DNA from: the human T2T-CHM13v2.0 reference genome, Homo sapiens
Assembly: GCF_009914755.1 (NCBI RefSeq)
Contig: NC_060926.1
DNA: 64,000 nt
Reading direction: 5' to 3' (one strand)
Of this stretch, positions 10,473 through 26,410 are shown piece by piece. Below the pieces are notes generated by a model, which saw only the letters and a program-made list of their open reading frames with translations, had not been told where the DNA came from and searched no databases. The first letter of the stretch is position 1. The number at the start of each line of letters is the position of its first letter. A program made the position numbers and the translations under genes.

Positions 10473-11276
10473 CTTCAAAAGAAAAATATTTATAAAAAGC
10501 GTATGTGTCTCACTAACTTATTCGTTGTACATATTTGGGAGGGTATGTGTGATATTTTGATACATGTATACAGTGTTTAATGATGACATCAGGATAATTA
10601 AGATATTCATCACCTCAACATTTACCTTTTATGTTGGGAACATTACAATTCTTCTAACTACTTTAGAATACGAAATCATCTATGTGTTTAAAACACAAGG
10701 TAAGATCAGGAAGAATGTTTTATAAATATAGTTTTTATAAAGGTGACTATATTGCTGTATTATAGGAAATATAATTACATTACTATTTAACACCTAGCAA
10801 AGCTATTGTAGGGTGTTTCCTTTTCCACTCAAATATACACAGCTAGGCTAAAAAAAGAGATTCCATTTTTGGCTGGCAAGATGTTTGGGCATCAGTAATA
10901 TTCCCATATCATACATTGTTATAATGTCCCTGATAGTATTTAAAGAAAGGAATTGATATTAGCTAGTGATTACTAAACAGCACAATTCTGTAACTAAAGG
11001 AAAAAGAAACTCACTACCATTTAGTAGTCTACAACCTTAGCAGCCTTGTCAAAAATCAATTCTATTATTTTTGCAGTATAGTGGTATCTATTCAATTTTG
11101 AGAAACTATAACTGCTTCACAAACACTTACATCAAGCTAATCAGTATTTGAGCCATCCATAAACAGACTATGTAGAAAAGCCAAACATCTCATTAGCTAC
11201 TTTGGAGTTCTCCCCTTATTTTTAATAAATGTCTGTCATTAATGACGTCACTACTGAAGACCATGAAAAAAGTATA

Positions 11277-11531
11277 TAGTTGACCCTTGAACAACATGGG
11301 TTTGAACTGCACAGGTCTACTTATACACAGATTTTTTTTTTAACCAAATGCAGATCAAAAATACAGTACTGACAAGATGCAGAACCTGTGTTTATGTGAA
11401 ATCTCTGTATACAGAGGGCCGACTTCTTCTATATATGGGTCCTGCAGGGTAACTGTGGAACTTTAATGTCTGTGGATTTTTGTATCCATGGGCAGCCCTG
11501 AAATCAATCCCCCTGTTCCAAGAGACAGTTG
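11277..11531. mobile_element. MER8-like Tigger (TcMar) MITE
   Basis: 'tagttgacccttgaacaacatgggtttgaactgc' Tigger2-type terminus; ends 'gacagttg'; TA flanks. Confidence 0.8.
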
Positions 11532-11699
11532 TACTTAACAACCAATCAAAGGTAAACAAGTTTTTTGATGCAGATCAGAAGTCTGTGTTATAATATTTTT
11601 CTAATTCCCTCCTTTTTCAGCCTCATTTTTCACTGAGAGAAGCATTTAAACTTCATTATGCAATACTGTCTGGAATATCAAAACACTGATAAAACTTAC

Positions 11700-11781
11700 A
11701 GATTTTTCCAGGATAGCACGAGCTGGAAAATCAATTTCTAAAACATCTTTCAAATTTTGTAACACACTATTTTCTGGATCC
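11700..11781 (-). CDS. FANCL: FANCL exon 11: (W)DPENSVLQNLKDVLEIDFPARAILEKS
   Basis: 82 nt, tttcAG|G GAT CCA...TCT|GTAAGT; phases fit neighbouring exons. Confidence 0.97.
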
Positions 11782-11862
11782 CTGAAAGCATGGGGAAAAA
11801 AATTATGCTGTGAACTTTGTAAAATCACCAAAAAGTAAAAATTATATTGCCAAGGTACCTAC

Positions 11863-11908
11863 CACAAATGTATGTTCCTGCTCAGCTTAATTCCCAGGGG
11901 TTTTACCA
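11863..11908 (-). CDS. FANCL: FANCL exon 10: (V)VKPLGIKLSRNIHL(W)
   Basis: 46 nt, ctgaAG|TG GTA AAA...TTG TG|GTAGGT; 81-nt intron to exon 11. Confidence 0.95.
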
Positions 11909-12091
11909 CTTCAGATTAAAAAAAAAAAATTTAATAATTGCATGCTCTACTCTTGGTTTCTAAAGCCACATTTGATACAGAATGTTTCTTAACTACTTGA
12001 TTAGAAAATCAAAATTATATGTATTATGTTAAAAAACAAAATTATACAGTTCAGAATGCTGAGACATTGTCATTTAAAATAACTATCATTA

Positions 12092-12169
12092 TTGCGGTGA
12101 ACCGAGATCGCGCCATTACACTACATACTGGGCAACAAGAGCAAAACTCCGTCTCAGACAAAAAATAAA
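12092..12169 (+). mobile_element. Severely 5'-truncated AluS (3' end of right arm) with TSD
   Basis: 'ttgcggtgaaccgagatcgcgcca...gggcaacaagagcaaaactccgtctca'; TSD AACTATCATTA 12081-12091 / AACTACCATTA 12170-12180. Confidence 0.85.
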
Positions 12170-12267
12170 AACTACCATTAATATACTAATATTGTCTAAT
12201 AATTTAACAATGCTAGGCAAGGATTTTATGACTCTATTAAAAAACGTTTAAATCTCAGATGTCATAC

Positions 12268-12351
12268 CATGGTCAGCTCCAAGAAAGAAGCACTCAGGAA
12301 GCATAGTAGGATGCCTGGGGTCTACCTCTATATTTATGGAAACATTATTAC
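12268..12351 (-). CDS. FANCL: FANCL exon 9: (G)NNVSINIEVDPRHPTMLPECFFLGADH
   Basis: 84 nt, cattctAG|GT AAT AAT...CAT G|GTATGA. Confidence 0.97.
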
Positions 12352-14557
12352 CTAGAATGAAACAAGATTAAATCTTTTAGAAGTAGAACAGCTCATCAAA
12401 CAACCCAATAAAAAATAAAGAGGTGTTGGTCTGGCTACCTATTTCACTGTATACCCACGGAAAGATTAACCAAATGTTTTGTAGTTTTATGTAATGGTAA
12501 ATATAATTGAACCAAAAGAAGTAATTTTGATATGATTATCATTGAAAGGATCTTAAATTTCAGCCAGTCAACAAATTGATATATTTAATTAGATTGCAAT
12601 TCTGGTCAACTGTATTAAAGTTTAAATAAAAATGTTCTGTGGAGTGATAAAGGTCTTTAATATCAAAACTATCACAAGTCACATGTTTAAGAAATAACTA
12701 TCTAAATTATTTTTCATGGCTTTCCTGAAAAAGTTTACATTTCATAGAACTATGGCCAAATGTAAAAAGACCAACAATACAGTAAATGGTAAAAACAAAC
12801 ATTAAAGATTCAAGTTTTATAAAAATTTATAAAAACATTTTCTGTATTATTTTGCTGCATGTGAAACTTTCCCTTATAATTTAACAAAAGATTTCATTCA
12901 CATTGGCAATTGTTCATTAATAACCAAAACAATAAGTAACCTAATTTCGCAAGACCTAAGAAAATTGGCACTAGGTTCTTTTATACATTTTAACTGTACT
13001 GGACTACAGCGTAAGTTTCAGAAATTTTACTTCTATTTTTTGAAGGTACATAGTGTAACTGCTTAAGATCAATTTGGATTTCATTTTCATCGTAAAAATG
13101 TCTTGATAAATTCCATACACTGTAGAATAAGCCTTTCACTAAGGCTGGCATCAACATAAATGCAGTTATTGCATATCTGGCAAAAAGAGGTCATTAACAG
13201 AAAAAAATGACTAGCCATTCAATGAGACAAATAAAAATACAAAAAGTTATAATCTCATTTGGTAACACATTATTTACTATGAACAGAAATTTCTTATTAG
13301 CCCTCAACACTGTCATCTGGTAATGGCTCCAGACAGTACTTTCACGTAATATGGGCATATTAACTAATTTTTCCAATCACTTGTTCAAAACTTGGTCTTA
13401 AGAAAGCAAATCATGCCTGGAGGAGAAAAAAGAAGCTAAAAGGTAAATAGGGAATGAATTAAAAACTAGACTATGTATGCTGAATGAGAAATATAGTAAG
13501 TATATTTAATCATAACCTGATAATTACTTTAATGGGGCCACGAAAATAATGATTTACTACATTTCTTTGAAGAAAATATTTTCATTCTTAGTATCTACTT
13601 GTTCACAAATATACCATAATTTGGTTAATTGTTCCAAATTAAACACAGTTAGACTTTTTGAAACCAGGAAAGTACCAATACTATTTGTAGAACTGCTGTA
13701 AACTATACTTTCTTCTCGTAATACCACGTATGTGACATTCTTCCCCCAGATAATCTATATTATACCTAGGTATAAAGTATAAAAATTGCTCACTAACTTG
13801 GATGTGATTCACATCAGAATTTCAAAATACCCTTGAACAACATATCTATTTAGAAAAAAAGAAATGGGTATCTTAAAACTAGCTATGGTATTTAATGTGA
13901 GCTTAAATATAGTTTATCTAAAATCTTGAGAAAGGCTGAAGTCACATGTTTTGCTTGCTTATAATGAAAATACACAGCCATTTTATAGTCGAGAACATGA
14001 TAACATTGCACAGGTATTTATGATTATACCATATCTCATTCATAAATTTCATATACTTGTGAAGAAAATACTTAAAACTATAAATTCTTTCTCTGTGCTT
14101 TCTGTTTACTCTTCAGTGGCATGGTCTACTGCAAGTTCTTTTATCTTCCTCTGTATTTCTAACAGAAAATATTCCCAGATCTGAGCACACTAATCTGAGA
14201 AGATTGTAAGCTTCACAAATGAAGACTGCATTATTCTGACTTTTTTCTTGTTCTAAGTAATGTAAATTTTGAGTTACCTGTTCCACGATTCCTGTGCTAA
14301 TTAGCAGCTAATTAAACTCTACTTCTGAATGTTACCTCCATTGGATCATCACCTTTTATAATGAAACACCTCAGTACTTCTCCTTTTCACCTAAAATATT
14401 TACATTTAAATGTGTAGCCAAAAAAAAGTTTATACTAGAAAATTTTAATAGTTGACTTCATATAAAGAAGTCTGAGTCCAACTGTCATTGTTAGATTTAT
14501 TTTCATAATACAAAATAAAACACCTAAAAACAAACCCTTAATCCTCCTTGTCCCTAC

Positions 14558-14708
14558 CTAATGCAATTCTGCGTGCTGTTGCACTCCGTGGAGGTTTTTC
14601 TGGCTCAAGTACCCAGGTCTTCTCATCGATTTCATCCATAACATCCCAGAATGCCTTTAGTGATTCTATTGCTGCCAAAAACTGACTATAAATGCTTATT
14701 AAGGAGCT
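14558..14708 (-). CDS. FANCL: FANCL exon 8: SSLISIYSQFLAAIESLKAFWDVMDEIDEKTWVLEPEKPPRSATARRIAL
   Basis: 151 nt, tttttcacAG|AGC TCC TTA...TTA G|GTAGGG. Confidence 0.97.
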
Positions 14709-15765
14709 CTGTGAAAAAAATGAAAGTTGAATAAGTTATATGGTACTCTACCAATAGCAGATAATCTTTTACTTAAAATACACTCAATTTAGAAATTTTA
14801 AGCTGTTTCATTTTAGCTACAAAGTAGACTCCAGTAAACAGTAGTCGACTCTCCCTGCTTCACATCTCTTCCTACAGCGTTTACAGGATTCTTTTTTATT
14901 GACAGTAGACTATACACCTGAGAAAGAATGGTTTTTTAAAAATCATAATTTTTTTATTATAATGCTTGATATACTACACGTATGCAATAGTAATGAGTAC
15001 AAGATGTATGTACACACAACTTTAATAAATATTAATGTACATGATATAGCTAACATTGGACCTATACAAAATGTCTATAATATTTTAGTATGAAAATCTT
15101 AATTTCATGTTTGCTGCAGCAATCAAGTTAAATGCAGTGCTATTTGTAATTTAGTGAGATTACCTTTAAATATTATTAAAAACTTTGGAGACCTAATTAG
15201 GCAGAGTATGAAAAGGTTTTACACATTTTTAAAGAATTAAAACAGAAGGTACAAATGATGTTTTTCCACATTTAACTTTTAGCCAATCTCTGAATTCAGC
15301 ATTTCATATATTAATCCCTTTATAGGAATTAGCTTAAATATAGTTTCACTAAATAATAAGTAATGCCATCACTGACTTTAAAAATCAGTTTTTAAACAAA
15401 GGAGTTTCTCATGAAACAATGTGGTATGTTTAAAAGATACAACTGCTTACTAAATACTTTTGATACAAAATCAAAACAGTTTAATAAGAAGGATTTGTTT
15501 CAAGTACACAAAATGTAAAGTCACATACTACAAACGTTTTCAATCTGAAATAACTGGCCACACCAATAATTTAAGAATATGATACACCCTAAGATGAAAA
15601 GAAACTAGCCACTTCCTTAAACATGTATTTTATACCTAATACTTAAGGAAAACCCATCCCATTTTGTCACTTCAGTCAAGGTTTACACTTGGATGAATTC
15701 ATGCTCAGTTCCACTGTGCTGGATTCAACTGTTCTAACCTTCTACACATATTTTTTTAAAAAGTG

Positions 15766-16080
<315 letters not shown>

Positions 16081-19000
16081 CTAATACCCGAAAAATAACC
16101 TTTGAGGATATTGACGGTATAATGTCTGTTCTCTTCTGGTATACTTTACTTACCTGTAAGTTTAGGTGACAGAATCCAGAAATCAGAAAATTAAACTCCC
16201 AAGAAGCTAGTTTTAAAATCAGTACAATAGTATATCTCTGTTTCTCCTTTCTCTGTCTGTTTCTACATGTGTATTTAAAATCCGTAATTACCTATTCCTT
16301 TGTATACCCAAGATAAGGTTAACTCCCCTGCCAAAAAAAGAGTTATAAAATATTTTCACAGTGGCATCTTTTATTTGAAGTTTTTTCCAATGGCATTGTC
16401 CATTTCTCTTATGCACAACTGCAAATAAAATCCTAATTGCATTTTGAACAGAAAAATGTATTCTTAATAAGAAAATAGCCAAAAACAAAACATCCCTGGA
16501 ACTAGAAGTTACTTGGTAATTACAGAAAAAGTGAATTTTAAACCCTAAAAGCCATTATACGATTTTACTAGCTAGCCATTTGAGGTAGATACATTAAACA
16601 TTATTTTTACATTCCAGATGGGGAAAAGAAAGATCAAAAATGTGACAAGTTGGACATAGAAACACTTCTCTTAGCAATTTCAACGAACTTAGGGGGTAGA
16701 CATCAAAACTATTATATCAGTAAGCTATGCGATTAATAGTTTTTTCTCCAACTGCTTATTTTGTCCATTAAATCACTAAAAACCCTTATTTTGAATTTTT
16801 TCCCCAAATTGAAAAAAATAAATTATTTCTAAATATTACCAATGGAATTAAATACTTTATATACAGCACCACAAATGCCAAGAAATAATATGGCCAAAAT
16901 TAAAATCAAAGTTCAGTAAGTATTTTGCAGGGAGATGAATTCTCTAAAAAATATTTTTAAAAATAAAAATAGCTAACATTCTTGGTGGCTGGCAAGATGG
17001 CCAAACAGGAACAGCTCCAGTCTGCAGCTCCCAGCGAGATCAAGGCAGAAGGCAGGTGATTTCTGCATTTCCAACCAAGGTACCGGCTCACCTCATTGGG
17101 ACTGGTTAGATAGTGGGTGCAGCCCACAGAGGGCGAGCCAAAGCAGGGTGGGCTATCACCTCACTCAGGAAGCGCAAGGGGTTGGGGAGCTCCCTCCCCT
17201 AGCCAAGGGAAGCCATGAGGGACTGTGCCATGAGGAGTGGTGCACTCTGGCCCAGATATGCTTTTCCCACGGTCTTCACAACCCGCAGATCAGGAGATTC
17301 CCTCTGGTGCCTATTTCACCAGGGCCCTGGGTTTCAAGCACAAAACTGGGTGGTCATTTGGGCAGACATTGAGCTAGCTACAGGAGTTTTTTTTTTAATA
17401 CCCCAGTGGCGCCTGCAACACCAGCAAGACAAAACTATTCACTCCCCTAGAAAGGGAGCTGATGCCAGGGCGCCAAGTGGTCTATCTCAGTGGATCCCAC
17501 CCCAAGAAGCCCAGCAAGCTAAGATCCACTGGCTTGAAATTCTTGCTGCCAGCACAGCAGTCTGAAGTAGACCTGGGGCACTCAAGCTTGGTGGGGGAAG
17601 GGACATCCACCATTACTGAGGCTTGAGTACGTGGTTTACCCCTCACAGTGTATACAATGCCACGAGGAAGCTGGAACTGGGCAGAGCTCACCGCAGCTCA
17701 GCAAAGCCTCTGTAGCCAGACTGCCTCACCAGATTCCTCCTCTCTGGGCAGGGCACCTCTGAAAGAACAGCAGCAGCCAAAGTCAGAGGCTTATAGATAA
17801 AACTCCCATCTCCCTGGGACAGAGCACGTGGGGAAAGGGGCGGCTGTGGGCACAGCTTCAGCAGACTTAAATGTTCCTGCCTGCTGGCTCTGAAAAGAGC
17901 AGCAGATCTCCCACCACAACACTCGAGCTCTGCTAAGGGACAGACTGCCTCCTCAAGCAGGGGTCAAAAGACAACTCATACAGGAGAGCTCCAGCTGGCA
18001 TCTGGAGGATGGCCCTCTGGGACGAAGCTTCCAGAGAAAGGAACAGGCAGCAAAATCTTTGCTGTTCTGCAACCTCCACTGGTGATACCCAGGCAAACAA
18101 GGTCTGGAGTGGACCTCCAGCAAAATCCAGCAGACCTGCAGCAGAGGGGTCTGTTAGACGGAAAACTAACAAACAGAAAGCAATAGCATCAACATCAACA
18201 AAAAGGACATCCACACCAAAACCCCATATGAAAGTCAACAATATCAAAGACCAAACGTAGATAAATCCACGACGATGAGGAAAAACTCGCACAAAAAGGA
18301 GGAAAATTCCAAAAACCAGAACACCTTTTCTCCAACGGATCACAACTCCTCGCCAGCAAGGGAACAAAACTGGACAGAGAATGAGTTTGACAAACTGACA
18401 GAAGTAGGCTTCAGAAAGTGGGTAATAACAAACTCCTCTGAGCTAAAGGAGCATGTTCTAACCCAATGCAAGGAAGCTAAGAACCTTGAAAAAAAGTTAG
18501 AGGAATTGCTAACTAAAATAACCAGGTTATAGAAGAACATAAATGACCTGATGAAGCTGAAAAACACAGCACGAGAACTTTGTGAAGCATACACAAGTAT
18601 CAATTGCCGAATCAATCAAGCGGAAGAAAGGATATCAGAGATTTAAGATCAACTTAATGAAATAAAGTGTGAAGACAAGATTAGAGAAAAAAGAATGAGA
18701 AGGAATGAACAAAGCCTCCAAGAAATATCAGACTATGTGAAAAGACCAAACCTATGTTTGATTGGTGTGCCTGAAAGTGATGGGGAGAGTGGAACCAAGT
18801 TAAAAAACACTCTTCAGGATGTTATCCAGGACAGCTTCTCCAACATTCCAATTCAGGAAATACAGAGAACACCACAAAGATACTCCTCCAGAACAGCAAC
18901 CACAAGACACATAATGGTCAGATTCATCAAGGTTGAAATGAAGGAAAAAATGTTAAGGGCAGCCAGAGACAAAGGTTGGGTTACCCACAAAGGGAAGCCC

Positions 19001-20294
19001 ATCAGACTAACAGCAGATCTCTCTGCAGAAACCCTACAAGCCAGAAGAGAGTGGGGGCCAATATTTAATATTCTTAAAGAAAAGAATTTTCAAACTAGAA
19101 TTTCCTATCCCGCCAAACTAACCTTCAGGAGTGAAGGAGAAATAAAATCCTTTACAGACAAGCAAATCCTGATAGATCTTGTCACCACCAGGCCTGCCTT
19201 ACAAGAGCTCCTGAAGGACGCGTGAAATATGCAAAGGAAAAACCAGTACCAGCCACTGCAAAAACATACGAAAATGTAAAGACCATCAACACTATGAAGA
19301 AACTGCATCAACTAACAAAATAACCAGCTAGCATCATAATGACAGGATCAAATTTACACATAAATGTAAACGAGCTAAATCCCCCAATTAAAAGACACAG
19401 ACTGGCAAATTGGATAAACAGTGAAGACCCACTGCTATGCTGTATTCAGGAGATCCATCTCACGTGCAAAGAAACACACAGGCTCGAAATAAAGGGATGG
19501 AGGAATATTTACCAAGCAAATGGAAAGCAAAAAAAAAAAAAAGCATGGTTTGCAATACCAGTATCTGATAAAACAGACTTTAAACCAACAAAGATCAAAA
19601 GAGACAAAGAAGGGCATTACATAATGGTAAACGGATCAATGCAACAAGGAGAGCTAACAATCCTAAATGTATATGCACCCAATACAGAAGCAACCAGATT
19701 CATAAAGCAAGTTCTCAGAGACCTACAAAGAGACTTAAGACTCCCACACAATAATAGTGGGAGACTGTAACACCCCCACTGTCAATATTAGACAGATCAA
19801 CGAGACACAAAATTAACAAGGATATTCAGGAGTTGAACTCAGCTCTGGACCAAGCAGACCTAATAGACATCTACACAACTCTCCACCCCAAATTAACAAA
19901 ACATACATTCCTCTCAGCACCACATCACACTTCTTTTAAAACTGATCACAAAATTTGAAGTAAAACACTCTTCAGCAAATGCAAAAGGATGGAATTCAAT
20001 AAAATCTCTCAAACCACAGTGCAATCAAATTAGAACTCAGGATTAAGAAACTCACTCAAAACTGCACAACTACATAGAAACTGAACAACCTTCTCCTGAA
20101 TGACTACTGAGTAAATAACAAAATTAAGGCAGAAATAAATAAGTTTTTTGAAACTTAAGTTATTGAGAACAAAGACACAATGTACCAGAATCTCTGGGAC
20201 ACAGCCAAAGCAGTGTTTCAAGGGAAATTTATAACGAAATGCCCACATGAGAAAGCAGAAAGAACTAAAATTGACACCCTAACATCACAATTAA

Positions 20295-20408
<114 letters not shown>

Positions 20409-20760
20409 TGAACCCAGGAGCTGGTTTTTTGAAAAGAGTAACAAAATAGGGGATTGGAGCCAAGATGGCCGAATAGGAACAGCTCCGGTCTACAGCTCCC
20501 AGGGTGAGCGACGCAGAAGACGGGTGATTTCTGCATTTCCATCTGAGGTACCGGGTTCATCTCACTAGGGAGTGCCAGACAGTGGGCGCAAGACAGTGGG
20601 TGCAGTGCACCATGCGCGAGCAGAAGCAGGACGAGGCACTGCCTCCCTCGGGAAGTGCAAAGGGTCAGGGAGTTCTCTTTCCTAGTCAAAGAAAGGGGTG
20701 ACAGACAGCACCCGGAAAATCGGGTCACTCCCACCCCAATACTGCGCTTTTCCGACGGGT

Positions 20761-20895
20761 TTAAAAAACGGCACACCAGGAGATTACATCCCGCTTGGAG
20801 AGTCCTACGCCCACGGAGCCTCCTTCATTGCTAGCACAGCAGTCTAAGATCAAACTGCAAGGTGGCAGCGAGGCTGGGGGAGGGGCGCCCGCCAT
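20761..20895 (-). pseudogene. L1 ORF0 (antisense 5'UTR ORF), frameshifted
   Basis: MAGAPPPASLPPCSLILDCCASNE.. from ATG at 20895; the C-terminal part (RFLNPSEKRSIGVGVTRFS) lies in another frame. Confidence 0.8.
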
Positions 20896-21513
20896 TGCCC
20901 AGGCTAGCTTAGGAAAACAAAGCAGCCGGGAAGCTCGAACTGGGTGGAGCCCACCACAGCTCAAAGAGGCCTGCCTGCCTCTGTAGGCTCCACCTCTGGG
21001 GACACGGCACAGACAAACAAAAAGACAGCAGTAACCTCTGCAGACTTAAATGTCCCTGTCCGACAGCTTTGAAGAGAGCAGTGGTTCTCTCAGCACGCAC
21101 CTGGAGATCTGAGAACAGGCAGACTGCCTCCTTAAGTGGGTTCTTGACCCCTGACCCCTGAGCAGCCTAACTGGGAGGCACCGCCCAGTAGGGGCAGACT
21201 GACACCTCACATGGCCAGGTACTCCTCTGAGACAAAACTTCCAGAGGAACCATCAGACAGCAGCATTCGTGGTTCAAGAAAATCTGCTGTTCTGCAGCCA
21301 CCGCTACTGGTACCCAGGCAAACAGGGTCTGGAGTGGACCTCTAGCAAACTCCAACAGACCTGCAGCTGAGGGTCTCTGTTAACAGAGGGTCTGTTTGTT
21401 AACAGAAAGGACTCTTAGCTGAGGGTCTGTGTGTTAACAGAAAAGACATCCACACCAAAAACCCATCTGTACATCACCATCATCAAAGACCAAAAGTAGA
21501 TAAAACCACAAAG

Positions 21514-22529
21514 ATGGGGAAAAAACAGACCAGAAAAACTGGAAACTCTAAAAAGCAGAGCGCCTCTCCTCCTCCAAAGGAACACAGCTCCTCACCAGCA
21601 ATGGAACAAAGCTGGACAGAGAATGACTTTGACGAGTTGAGAGAAGAAGGCTTCAGACCATCAAACTACTATGAGCTACAGGAGGAAATTCAAACCAAAG
21701 GCGAAGAAGCTGAAAACTTTGAAAAAAATTTAGACGAATGCATAACTAGAATAACCAATACAGAGAAGTGCTTAAAGCAGCTGATGGAGCTGAAAGCCAA
21801 GACTTGAGAACTACGTGAAGAATACAGAAGCCTCAGGAGCCGATGCGATCAACTGGAAGAAAGGGTATCAGTGACGGAAGATGAAGTGAATGAAATGAAG
21901 CAAGAAGGGAAGCTTAGAGAAAAAAGAATAACAAGAAACGAACAAAGCCTCCAAGAAATATGGCACCATGTGAAAAGACCAAACCTACGTCTGATTTGTG
22001 TACCTGAAAGTGACGAGGACAATGGAACCAAGTTGGAAAACACTCTGCAGGATATTATCCAGGAGAACTTCCCCAATCTAGCAAGGCAGGCCAACATTCA
22101 GATTAAAGAAATACAGAGAATGCCACAAAGATACTCTCGAGAAGAGCAACTCCAAGACACATAATTGTCAGATTCACCAAAGTTGAAATGAAGGAAAAAA
22201 TGTTAAGGGCAGCCAGAGAGAAAGGTCGGGTTACCCACAAAGGGAAGCCCATCAGACTAACAGCTGATCTCTCAGCAGAAACTCTACAAGCCAGAAGAGA
22301 GTGGGAGCCAATATTCAACATTCTTAAAGAAAAGAATTTTCAACCCAGAATTTCATATCCAGCCAAACTAAGCTTCATAAGTGAAGGAGAAATAAAATCC
22401 TTTACAGACAAGCAAACGCTGAGAGATTTTGTCACCACCAGGCCTGCCCGAAAAGAGCTCCTGAAGGAAGCACTAAACATGGAAAGGAACAACCGGTACC
22501 AGCCGCTGCAAAATCATGCCAAATTGTAA
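21514..22529 (+). pseudogene. Inner L1 ORF1p, disrupted by TGA at 21805-21807 and a frameshift near 22137
   Basis: MGKKQTRKTGNSK... to ...MERNNRYQPLQNHAKL* across three ORF-track pieces. Confidence 0.92.
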
Positions 22530-22592
22530 AGACCATCGAGGCTAGGAAGAAACTGCATCAACTAACAAGCAAAATAACCAGCTAACATCATA

Positions 22593-26410
<3,818 letters not shown>

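Noticed and set aside
10871-10883. GGCTGGCAAGATG, identical to the start of the outer L1
   Set aside because: A 13-nt match with no extension; consistent with chance.
11646-11831. Stand-alone 61-aa ORF (similarly 52877-53092 and 8228-8527)
   Set aside because: These are real exons read through splice sites or from non-ATG starts; annotated by splice boundaries instead.
17148-18615. Several ORFs on both strands
   Set aside because: They are L1 5'UTR, ORF1-fragment or antisense readings, not independent genes.
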